Below are positions 44,925 to 54,353 of a stretch of 64,000 nucleotides of DNA, piece by piece. The DNA lies in NCBI GenBank assembly GCA_000004985.1, contig GG738862.1; one strand, 5' to 3'. Within the stretch, counting starts at the first letter, position 1; each line of letters starts with the position of its first letter. The stretch is from Naegleria gruberi (taxonomy: Eukaryota). The translations under genes and the position numbers were made by a program. The notes beneath the pieces were generated by a model. It did not search any database. It saw nothing but the letters and a program-made list of their open reading frames with translations, and was not told the origin of the DNA.

Positions 44925-45818
44925 ATGGCAGAGAAGATTGTATCAGCTTTCGTCAACAATTACCTTCCTCATCTTTTGAGTATTGAATCCAAAGCATTGA
45001 TTTATCATCTTGTTCAAAGACTTAAGGATTTTAATAAGAAAATCAATACAGTTGAAGAAAGACAAGCATTGAATCGTCGTCTTGAGGCTGAAATTAAAGC
45101 ACTCAAACTAAATAACAGTGTATCCTGTACAATAATTGCAAGAATATTCCGAGAGAGGTATAATTTGAAGAATGAGAGTGATGATCTGGTGTTTCTTTTA
45201 AAGCTGGTTGAACCAAGTTTAGGCTTTGAATTCTTCCTTAGGACTCGTGAAGAGCAGAAGAAACTCTTCCATTTGGTTAATAAGAATTTGAACTCTCCTC
45301 AAGGTCTCCAACTCTCTCGTAGAGCAGCCAAAATTGATCCAAACCTTGTTGAACAACATTTCTTCTCTAATTTAAACTCAAGTGAAGAAAAAACCATTAA
45401 GAGAATACTGATCAACATTTTCAAAGGAAAGGAAGGAATTGGGTTTGATGCTTTCTATTTAGCCTTTACGTACTTTTTCAGCATTAAGAATTGCAACAAA
45501 CTTGATGCTATGGAAGATGAAGCGTTGAGAAAAATGATTGCTCCTCAATTACCATTCGATGTATTGTATCTAGCTATCATGTTCTGCTATTGGAAATGTT
45601 TCGGAAAGGTAAAATTACATTATTTTCCAGTATTCCTAGATTGTATTCATGTGTCAGTTCAAGAATATCATATTAGTGTTGATACATTATTTGTTGAAGA
45701 ACAATTGAAAAATCACCTCAAATCACTTGATGAGTTGATGTTTGTTGAAGCATCGGAAGATAATTTTCTTTCTTCAGATGAAGAGGATGAGCCAACAAGA
45801 AAGAAGAAGAAAAAATGA
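44925..45818 (+). CDS. hypothetical protein (297 aa), no recognised domain
   Basis: Clean ATG context aaaaaaATGgca. TGA stop. Ends in an acidic and then basic tail. Confidence 0.4.
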   Translation: MAEKIVSAFVNNYLPHLLSIESKALIYHLVQRLKDFNKKINTVEERQALNRRLEAEIKALKLNNSVSCTIIARIFRERYNLKNESDDLVFLLKLVEPSLGFEFFLRTREEQKKLFHLVNKNLNSPQGLQLSRRAAKIDPNLVEQHFFSNLNSSEEKTIKRILINIFKGKEGIGFDAFYLAFTYFFSIKNCNKLDAMEDEALRKMIAPQLPFDVLYLAIMFCYWKCFGKVKLHYFPVFLDCIHVSVQEYHISVDTLFVEEQLKNHLKSLDELMFVEASEDNFLSSDEEDEPTRKKKKK

Positions 45819-46522
45819 TTACACAGATTAAGGATCATCCAGATATCACACAAACTCTTGCTGATTTCCAGGAGCAATTGTTGTTTAAGGCTGAAGCAAA
45901 ATATGCTGAAATCATTGTTAAATTAAAAAATAGAATTGATGAAATAGAGAGTAATCAAATTAACGACAAGAAGGATAGGAAAGAATATGAGAGAAGGACC
46001 AATGAAACAATTATTGAACAAAAAAACCTGTTAATAAGATTGAAAAAAGATACTAATTCTCTTGAAAGAAAAATTGAAGAACATAAAAGAAAATTCGAAG
46101 AGCAAGCAATGAAGTTAAAGAATCAAAAAGATGAATATGAAGCAAAATTCGAAGAGCAAGCAACGAAGTTAAAGAATCAAAAAGATGAATATGAAACAAA
46201 ATTAGCTGATTTGAAAAAGAAGCTAAAAGAACACGAAACAGGAATACAGGAACTAAAGGAACAACACAAAACACAATTAGAGGAGCAAATGGATCAATAT
46301 GAAACACAATTAGAGGAGCAATTAAATCAATACCAAGAACAATTAGAAGAGGAAAGAGCTTACAAAACAAAATTAGAGGAGCAAATTGAAAGTATGGGCA
46401 AAAATATTCAATCATTGTCGTCTAAACTAGCTAATTATGAATTTGATAGTTTGGTAAAGCCAAACAAAAGATGTTCCTGTGATTGTTCAATATGTAAGGG
46501 ATGTCAAAAACCTGTTTTTTAA
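45815..46522 (+). CDS. coiled-coil protein (235 aa) with a C-terminal Cys cluster CSCDCSICKGC; contains a 54-nt tandem duplication
   Basis: Heptad-rich KLKNQKDEYE.KFEEQA. The start ATGA overlaps the stop of the previous ORF. The C-terminal 103 codons are duplicated at 61342..61653. Confidence 0.45.
   Translation: MITQIKDHPDITQTLADFQEQLLFKAEAKYAEIIVKLKNRIDEIESNQINDKKDRKEYERRTNETIIEQKNLLIRLKKDTNSLERKIEEHKRKFEEQAMKLKNQKDEYEAKFEEQATKLKNQKDEYETKLADLKKKLKEHETGIQELKEQHKTQLEEQMDQYETQLEEQLNQYQEQLEEERAYKTKLEEQIESMGKNIQSLSSKLANYEFDSLVKPNKRCSCDCSICKGCQKPVF
46091..46198 (+). repeat. two tandem copies of a 54-nt unit (aaattcgaagagcaagcaaYgaagttaaagaatcaaaaagatgaatatgaaRc)
   Basis: Seen directly. The copies at 46091..46144 and 46145..46198 differ at 2 positions and encode KFEEQA(M/T)KLKNQKDEYE(A/T). 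Confidence 0.8.
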
Positions 46523-46667
46523 TTCTTGACAATCTTCTATCCAATAAATACATTTCTCGTATTGATTAATCTTGTTTTATTCTCAATACTATTTAACAGA
46601 GGTTCTTTCGTGTTGTCACAATTTTTTCTGAGGAAACCTTTTCAGATGTTTCATTTCAAGGTCGAAA

Positions 46668-47591
46668 TTGATTATTGTCATGTTTTTTTCCAAAAAAATG
46701 TTCATTCCGATTCCTTCATGGAGTGATGATCATCACGTGGTGAATAATCCTCCGATAAATGATGATCAATCCAGTGATGATCATGAAACGTCTACAAACA
46801 ATTTAAATCATGTAAAATTTCCATCATATGATTATAGTTACCTTATTGAAAAACAAAAATTGGAGAATACATTTAATACTGCATTTATTGGTGGTAATGA
46901 TCAAACAGAGTTTAAGAAGTACGATAAATGTATTAGTAATTTTAAATTGGATTCAGTGTCATCTCACTATTGCGAGAATAGTAAACCATACATATCAAAT
47001 AACAAATACTTGAATGAACTCTATCATATTTATATTAATGATGAAAAAAAAATTGAATTGAATAATATTAATCATTTTTACAATAATACTTGGAAGAATG
47101 TTAATTTGGAAAATGAGTGTATTCATTCTATTGAAAATCATTTAAGATCAGTTACTGTTTATGGAAAAAATACTAATTTTTTTGTTTTAAATACATTTGA
47201 TAGATTTAAGGAGATGTTTGATCAAGTTGTTAAAAAAAATGAAATTTCGAATGCAGAATTAAGTAACTTTATATTTATTGGTGGTAATGGCCAAAGTTTC
47301 TTTTATGAATTAAATAGTAATGTACTCATTAATGCACACCAACGGGGTAATGACCATTATTATTGCCTAAAAGGTTGTTTATCGGAAGGTGAATTTGTTG
47401 AATATCTTTGTGTTTACAATTTATCCTATTTGAAATATTCTGTATTTATTTTAACTAATTTTGGAAGAGTTTTATATCAAAAAGAACACAAAATGGTTGA
47501 ACTTGAAACAAAATTGAAATTTATTAAAATAATAGAGAGCAGAATGGGATTTAATTTATTTTATTGTATAATGAGTGATAATTATTTATAA
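46668..47591 (+). CDS. hypothetical Asn-rich protein (307 aa)
   Basis: ORF only. No domain recognised. Duplicated, with an internal deletion, at 61657..62358. Confidence 0.35.
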   Translation: MIIVMFFSKKMFIPIPSWSDDHHVVNNPPINDDQSSDDHETSTNNLNHVKFPSYDYSYLIEKQKLENTFNTAFIGGNDQTEFKKYDKCISNFKLDSVSSHYCENSKPYISNNKYLNELYHIYINDEKKIELNNINHFYNNTWKNVNLENECIHSIENHLRSVTVYGKNTNFFVLNTFDRFKEMFDQVVKKNEISNAELSNFIFIGGNGQSFFYELNSNVLINAHQRGNDHYYCLKGCLSEGEFVEYLCVYNLSYLKYSVFILTNFGRVLYQKEHKMVELETKLKFIKIIESRMGFNLFYCIMSDNYL

Positions 47592-47783
47592 GGGATTTCA
47601 TCAAAAGGAAAAGATTTCACTTTAACAAAATCAAATATAATCAAAAGAAAAGTTAAAAATATTAAATATTTAAAGTGTGGAACATTACTGATACAAACCT
47701 TATCTAATGAATGGATATTTAAAACTAACAATGATTTAAAAACGGTATTTCCATTTTTTAAATCAAAAAAGGACTTCTCTGAT

Positions 47784-48197
47784 TTGGAGGTGCACAACAT
47801 TTTGGGTCTGATTGCCAAATCAAGAAAAAGAAGAACACTACTAGATAACTTATTACCATCATGTATAGAAATAGTTGGAGATAGTGTAAATTCTATTTGT
47901 TTTCTATTACAAGATTATACACTTTATATATCAAATGAAGTTAATCAAAAACATAAGAAAATTTATTCTGTAAATTTCTTAAAATTAAATTTAATAGATA
48001 TTGGAATTCCATTAAAAGAATTAAGTTCAACCTCATTCCAAGATAGAAATTTAATTATTAAAAATAGAGATGGAAACATATTGTTTGGAATTGAAAAAAT
48101 ACCTAAATTAACACATTCCTTAATTTCACATTGCAAATTATTATTTGAAAAATTGAAATTGAATATTTTAACTGATATTGACATTATTTTATGTTAA
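47784..48197 (+). CDS. hypothetical protein (at least 137 aa; the frame is open further upstream and the true 5' end is undetermined)
   Basis: ORF. The track start is TTG. Identical at the amino-acid level to the copy at 62330..62833. Confidence 0.35.
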   Translation: MEVHNILGLIAKSRKRRTLLDNLLPSCIEIVGDSVNSICFLLQDYTLYISNEVNQKHKKIYSVNFLKLNLIDIGIPLKELSSTSFQDRNLIIKNRDGNILFGIEKIPKLTHSLISHCKLLFEKLKLNILTDIDIILC

Positions 48198-48367
48198 TCA
48201 ATTTTTGATTTGTTGATAGAGGGAAGAGACAGGAAAATACAGCACGCATGGTACCTTCGCTGTAAATCACACAAAAAATTATTTAATTTAAATAATCTTT
48301 TAATTTAAACTATTGAAAGGAAAAGAAAATAAAGGAATTAAATAATTAAATTAAAGATATTACAAAC

Positions 48368-50302
48368 ATGATGCGCTTGCAAAAGTTAAAAAAAATGGGA
48401 AAACGAAAACATTCAAAAATTTCAAAGGAAAAGAAAAATATTCATCAAAGGGAGGAAAAGTCTGCACCAGGAGTTGTTATGACTAATTTGCCAGATGGAG
48501 CATCATTACAAATTTCTACAAAAAAGAAAAAGATGTCTCATGCTTCTTCTACTACTCCGAAGAATGATCAAATTGGATTGGAAATGATTGAAAAATGGCA
48601 GCAAATTTTGAGTTTGCAAGATACACTCACCCTGATTCTGGGTTACATTCCCGAATATTTATTGGAGAGAACAATGAGATTTGTTAATAGGGATTTTTAT
48701 CTTGCATCCTCTGTTGCTTGGAGAGAGAATATTCGAAGTTTGAAAATTCATGCATCATCACTCAAGGAAATAGAGATTGGTATTAAAAGATGGGAAAAAC
48801 TCAAGAATTTGAAAGATGTAAAGATTTCGTTTACTGATTTTGATATATGCTATGAGTTTGATGTTTGTTGCTTGAGTCATTTGGGATTTGAAAAAATTGG
48901 AGTTGTTAATACCACATCAATATTTTCCAAATCTCTTGTTGACACTAAATGGGTTGAAACTTTGAGATATTTACAAATTGATATTCATCAACAATATTTT
49001 ACTGCCTTGTTTGACTTGAATTTACACACTTTGGTTGTACAATTTCTTGAATTGGATGATAGTGAATTAATTATTGGAAAGGATGATAAGCCTTTATTTA
49101 AAAGTTTAACCCATCTCGATTACTCGAGTATAGCATTCAATAACATGGATGAATTTTTGAATAGACTTGTTAACCTTAAAAAATTGAGAAATGGTGATGA
49201 TGACATGAGTATTGAGAATATCAAATTACCTAATTTGAAACACTATAATTGTATGCATGAATTAATGGGGATAGAAGAGGTATTTCCAAAGTTAGAATCT
49301 CTAAAATCATATTCTAGTTTTTCAACAGCTAACGTGACAGGAGCAATCTCCCTAAAAACTTTAAAATCGGTAACCCTTAGTTTAGAATCAAAAACGATTA
49401 GCTCTATTCCAGATGCACTGTTTAATTTACCACTCCTTGAAAAGTTGTCATTGCTTGTCTACTGCTCCAGTCTAACAAAATGTTCAAAAATTAACCCAAA
49501 ACCATTGGATAATTTGAAAAAGGTAAAGCTTGTATTTTTTGAATACGAGAACGGTGAGCTTCCAATATCATTCTTTCATTTCAGAAAATGTAGCAATATT
49601 GAAAAAATTAGATTTGAAGAGGAAAGTCAAAAGGTATTAGTGGATATGAATGATTTTTCAAATTTTCCATTATTGAAAAGTCTAGCAGTAACAGCTGGAT
49701 CTGCTTCTAACTGGAATAGTCCTATTTGCACTCTGGAATCATTGGCAATTAATGTAAAAAAACAATGCTCAGTTACACTCACAGGACTAGACAAACTGAA
49801 GCGTTTGGAATATGTATCACAAAATATGAATAGTCTGGTTCAATATCTAAATGATAACTCCAATGATTGTATTAGAGATTTGAATATTTCTGGAAAGGAT
49901 ATTTCAAAGTTCACATCATTTCCCTGTTATTTGGAAACCCTCACCATTACAAACATGTATCTAAAAGAAATTAATGAGAGATTTGTGAACATTGTCAATA
50001 ACCAAACCAACCTTAGAAAACTAGTCATTGAGGAATCCAAATTCGACCTGGTTCCACTCTCGGAATCGCTCACTTGTCTCATCCATCAAATTAGCAAAAT
50101 ACAATTGAGTGGTGAATGCTATCCTATACCATACTCTGAATCCAAATATATTACCAATTTAATCAAAGTCCTATCAATATATGACTCCAAGAAAATAGAT
50201 CTCAAACTCAGTGGTTTTAATTATACATTCTCAAATCAATCAACTGGATATCTCATCTCTCAAATCAATTCCCGTTTTACAACAATTTCATTTACCTCAT
50301 GA
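48368..50302 (+). CDS. F-box-like/LRR-like repeat protein (644 aa)
   Basis: N-terminal basic region, then the F-box-like block IEKWQQILSLQDTLTLILGYIPEYLLERTMRFVNRDFYLASSVAWREN. The rest is leucine-rich repeats. ATG at 48368. Confidence 0.5.
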   Translation: MMRLQKLKKMGKRKHSKISKEKKNIHQREEKSAPGVVMTNLPDGASLQISTKKKKMSHASSTTPKNDQIGLEMIEKWQQILSLQDTLTLILGYIPEYLLERTMRFVNRDFYLASSVAWRENIRSLKIHASSLKEIEIGIKRWEKLKNLKDVKISFTDFDICYEFDVCCLSHLGFEKIGVVNTTSIFSKSLVDTKWVETLRYLQIDIHQQYFTALFDLNLHTLVVQFLELDDSELIIGKDDKPLFKSLTHLDYSSIAFNNMDEFLNRLVNLKKLRNGDDDMSIENIKLPNLKHYNCMHELMGIEEVFPKLESLKSYSSFSTANVTGAISLKTLKSVTLSLESKTISSIPDALFNLPLLEKLSLLVYCSSLTKCSKINPKPLDNLKKVKLVFFEYENGELPISFFHFRKCSNIEKIRFEEESQKVLVDMNDFSNFPLLKSLAVTAGSASNWNSPICTLESLAINVKKQCSVTLTGLDKLKRLEYVSQNMNSLVQYLNDNSNDCIRDLNISGKDISKFTSFPCYLETLTITNMYLKEINERFVNIVNNQTNLRKLVIEESKFDLVPLSESLTCLIHQISKIQLSGECYPIPYSESKYITNLIKVLSIYDSKKIDLKLSGFNYTFSNQSTGYLISQINSRFTTISFTS

Positions 50303-50555
50303 TTGGAATTTTAATAATTTCAAGTAAGATTCAAGTCCACTCATAATTTATTCCTATGCATTGTATTAAGATAACTTAAACAAAATTATTTGTAATTTCA
50401 TTTCCATTTAGTTCTTGAGTATATCATTTTCTAGGACGAGGAAACTTTCAATTCAGTCTTACATTCAAGATGTACCTTCATATTTGAGAATGAGATACAC
50501 CGATGTCAGAATAATGGGGAAGATTTTCTCCAACACTAACTATTGCTGGAATATT

Positions 50556-52240
50556 TCAATTGTCTGGAGTGTAATCTTTAAATTCCCTCTTCACATGATC
50601 CAAAACTTCATTGACATTGACAATCAATTTGAGATCATCACACATAATTGGAATGTATCGAATTCCCAACGATCTTGATCCACACCAAAAATCTCCAGGC
50701 CAACCATAGATCCACCCAATTTCCATGATAAACTTAATTTTTTCTCGGTTGACTGCATTCATGTTAGCGAGCCCAGCACCATGAGGAGCAATGATAGCAA
50801 GTGCTCCATAGAATGCAACACCAATGTCAATAAATGATTCTAGTTTTCCTAATTTGACAGGAATATATCAATATTTAAAGGCGTTGTAAACTCTTTCAAG
50901 CTGTTGATCATTTCGTCTTGATTAGTAATCATTCTATTACCAATATCTGATCGATCCACAACCAGAATATATTCTCTAGGATTTTGTTGAATTGGATTTG
51001 GTAACTTTTTAAAAAATTTCGAATAAATTGTCGAAACTATTCTCATTACAATATCAGGTGTTAAAGCAGCGTAATCATCCTTCGAATGTAAGAAATAAAC
51101 TCTCTTTCCAATATAATAATGACCCACTCTAGCCCAAATTATCTTTCTCTTTGGATGTATAATTCCCAGCTCTTTAAAAGATTCAATAATTCGTCTATTC
51201 TTTCCAATATCATTCATCAGAATAGGAATATGGAGAGGTAAGAAATAACTCATAAAAACTATTCTCGGTAAAACTTCAATTGGAAAATGACCAGCAGCTG
51301 TTGGATTATACGAAACTCCAACCATTGCAAACATTGGTTCAAACTTAACTGAAGCTTGATAATCAAACTTGAGCGAATGTGGAGTTGACATGATTAGGAT
51401 ATTACCATTCTTATCAAATAAACTTCCTGTAACGTGTCTATTAGAAACTCCAAAATCATAAATTCCATCCTCAATTGACAAAATTCCGAAATTTAAATTT
51501 GGTTTGAAACACCAAGGTCTTGAAAAGAAGACTTTGCTTTCGTTTTTCTTTATGGTGGATTCCTCACAAATAGAACATAAATGGTTCTGACAATTGTTGG
51601 GACAATACTTTCGTCTGGATTCCTCTGAAACTATTGGATACGAAACGAAATCGTCTCTAAATTCAACATTGTGTGCAAAGACCATATGTACCAATAGAGT
51701 TGGTAATTTCTTACTAATTTCATATCGTTTTGTTGTTGGATTAAATATTATCGAATAGATAGTTTCGTCCTCATGAAAATCATGTTTAAACTTTCCATTC
51801 GATTGACTTGTATCCAAAGCACTCGTTAATTGTGAGAAGAATATCCTTTTCAAATGACTATTTGATGGTTTTGACAAGAACTCAAAGGAAAGAAGTGTGA
51901 ATTCGTTGTCATCTGTTGACCAAATTTCTATTAAACTTTTTCCTCTATTTTCATCACAATTACTTTCAATGAGTGATTTTAATGATGGATAATGATGTAA
52001 TTCATCTGAATTTAGAATACCCTGACTGTAGTATTCGTATTCGTGAGGTAGGAGAGGAAGCTTTTCATCCTTGTGTAAATGATATGTGTAATCGTGCCAC
52101 ATGTCAAAGTTTGTTGAACATGTTAATTGTTGTGTGGGAAGATGAAGAGAAGTCCGTATTGAATATCTATAGGCAACCAGAATGAAGCTTGCCAGGATTA
52201 AAAGACATCCCATGAAAAGATATTTCGAATGAGGTTTCAT
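50556..52240 (-). CDS. second GT61-family glycosyltransferase (type II membrane), reading frame broken by a 1-nt shift near 50852..50875 (pseudogene or sequencing error)
   Basis: The 472-aa frame ends ...SLKEFTTPLNIDIFLSN-TAG. The +1 frame continues YIPVKLGKLESFIDIGVAFYGALAIIAPHGAGLANMNAVNREK..., which carries the family HGAGL motif. No GT-AG intron restores the frame. N-terminal TM YLFMGCLLILASFILVAY. The first ATG is at 52240. Confidence 0.5.
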
Positions 52241-53156
52241 ATTGTTTTTTGTTATCTTGTGCGACAACTCTTTTGACAGTCCCTCAATCGCATAATTTAC
52301 AGATTTTTTCCTTTATTTTACCACTGGTACTCTTTTTATGGATGAGGCATCATAAGTAGCATAATTTCCAAATCACTTCATTTTAGGAGTGATTTAATTT
52401 TTTATTAATTTTTTAACAAAATAATAAAAAAATATTTTATCCATTCTCTTTGAACAACACCACACCATCAGCATTGCAAAGAAAGCACTTTTCATCAAAG
52501 GAATTAATGATTATTATTGATCAAATCGTGTGCTTCCCTTGTTGTTTGCAAACCTCCTCTAGGATGCTTCATCAGTATTATTATGAAAATTAGTAGTACA
52601 TTCAAAGGAAACAAAAAGATTTTCAACCTCCAACACCAATAGGAGCAATTATTCTGATGCTCTACCTTGTATGTTGTAACCCTGAAAGAAAAAGCTCGTG
52701 AACGTGTTACCTTCTTCAAACAATAATATTATGCCAAGTTATAAGCTGGAGATGCTCTGTTACACATATCCGAAGCTGCAAGGAACCTCTGTTGAAGACA
52801 AAATTGTTAACGTGAATAGAAATTAGAACATTACAGATTCACAATAAGATTGAAGTAATGTTCTCACCACACCAGACTCTATCCCAGATTTCTCCTCACC
52901 AATGCAAGTACAATCCCAAGATGATAACAGCATCTTTGATGAAGAATTCTGGATACAAGGTTATTAAAAGCATGCTCCTAACCAAGAAAAAGAAGGTTTG
53001 AATGATGTGGTACTCTTTCATGGGTTTTTAGAAAAGTGAGAATACTTTTCGAATATTATGTTGAAGACTTCTGCAGTTGCTGGCATTCTTTTTTTTGGTG
53101 ACTTGACATGATTGTCAAATTTCGGTGCCACAAACGAGAATTGACAAGTTAAAAAA

Positions 53157-54332
53157 ATGGGCAAACATAATAAGAAAAAGAACAATCAAGCAAAACAACA
53201 ACACCAACAACAAGAACCACCAAACAAGAAAAACAAGACCGAACCATCTTCCCAACCAATTTATGATCTGAGTAGCTCTGCAAGTGATGCAAACTCATCC
53301 GACACAACAGTCGTTTCTCCAGTTTCAATTAATTCTCCTTCCATTGGTCCTTTAAATGTTGTTTCCAATGATCAGCAAAAGAATTTTTATGAAGATATGG
53401 CTAAGACAGCATCCTCTTTAGAAAAAATGATGACTTTATTTGGTTCTTATAACCAGAAATTGGAACAATCCTCAAAGATTGTTAATGCATCTTCCATTAA
53501 TTTGGAAAAATCTGCAAAGGAATTGGAAAAATTGTGTCAAATCAAAGCAGAAAATGAAAAATTGAAGAAAGAGGCAGCTACTCACATGAAAGAAATACAA
53601 GATAATGAAACCAAGTTAAAGAGATTGAACCAAGCCGAACAAAAGAATGTTGCGTTGGAAAAAGAAAACTCCACTTTGAAGGAACAAGCGAAATCTGTTA
53701 TGGAAAAAGTAAACCAAATCCAAACAGAAAACGAGAAGTTAACACAAGAAAACAAGAGGATTTTAGAAAATGAAATTCAATGTTTGGAATCTATTAGAAG
53801 TAAGGATATGGAAATTCTTTCATTGAAGAATAGAAAGGATTTTCAAGTATCAGATTCCAAGACAGAGGAGTTAGTTTCAGAGATGAGTCGTCTTACAGAT
53901 AATGCTAATAATTTGGTGTTTGATCTCATAGTTAATCTCAATGAAGATGATGAAACCTCTAAGTGGGTAGAAATGGTTCTTTCAACAGTGATCAACAAAA
54001 GCAGTCAACTATCAGAAGAGGAATTGAGTGAAGCTATTCTTGCCAAAAGTTATACAAAAGCATGGCAAGAATTCGCAAGTGCTCTTAACAACAACCCACA
54101 TCTGCAAGCTAAGATGAAGAATGATGCACCATTCCAATCAATCTTCCAACAACTCGTCAAGTCAAGTTGCAGGATTGTTGACATTTGCGAGAAATCAACT
54201 GTCCCAAAATTCAAACGTGACTGGTCATCATCATCTGACAAAGTCTGCATTGTGCCAGCAGTTGTAATTGACACGGACAACAAACGTGTTGTTGTGGTTG
54301 ATGGTCGTCACGTTGAAAAGTCGTCAAAATAA
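53157..54332 (+). CDS. coiled-coil protein, paralog 1 of a 4-member local family
   Basis: Gln/Lys/Glu-rich coiled coil. The C-terminal block ...SSDKVCIVPAVVIDTDNKRVVVVDGRHV is shared with paralogs 2-4. Confidence 0.5.
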   Translation: MGKHNKKKNNQAKQQHQQQEPPNKKNKTEPSSQPIYDLSSSASDANSSDTTVVSPVSINSPSIGPLNVVSNDQQKNFYEDMAKTASSLEKMMTLFGSYNQKLEQSSKIVNASSINLEKSAKELEKLCQIKAENEKLKKEAATHMKEIQDNETKLKRLNQAEQKNVALEKENSTLKEQAKSVMEKVNQIQTENEKLTQENKRILENEIQCLESIRSKDMEILSLKNRKDFQVSDSKTEELVSEMSRLTDNANNLVFDLIVNLNEDDETSKWVEMVLSTVINKSSQLSEEELSEAILAKSYTKAWQEFASALNNNPHLQAKMKNDAPFQSIFQQLVKSSCRIVDICEKSTVPKFKRDWSSSSDKVCIVPAVVIDTDNKRVVVVDGRHVEKSSK

Positions 54333-54353
54333 ACAAAAATTCACGAATTAAAA

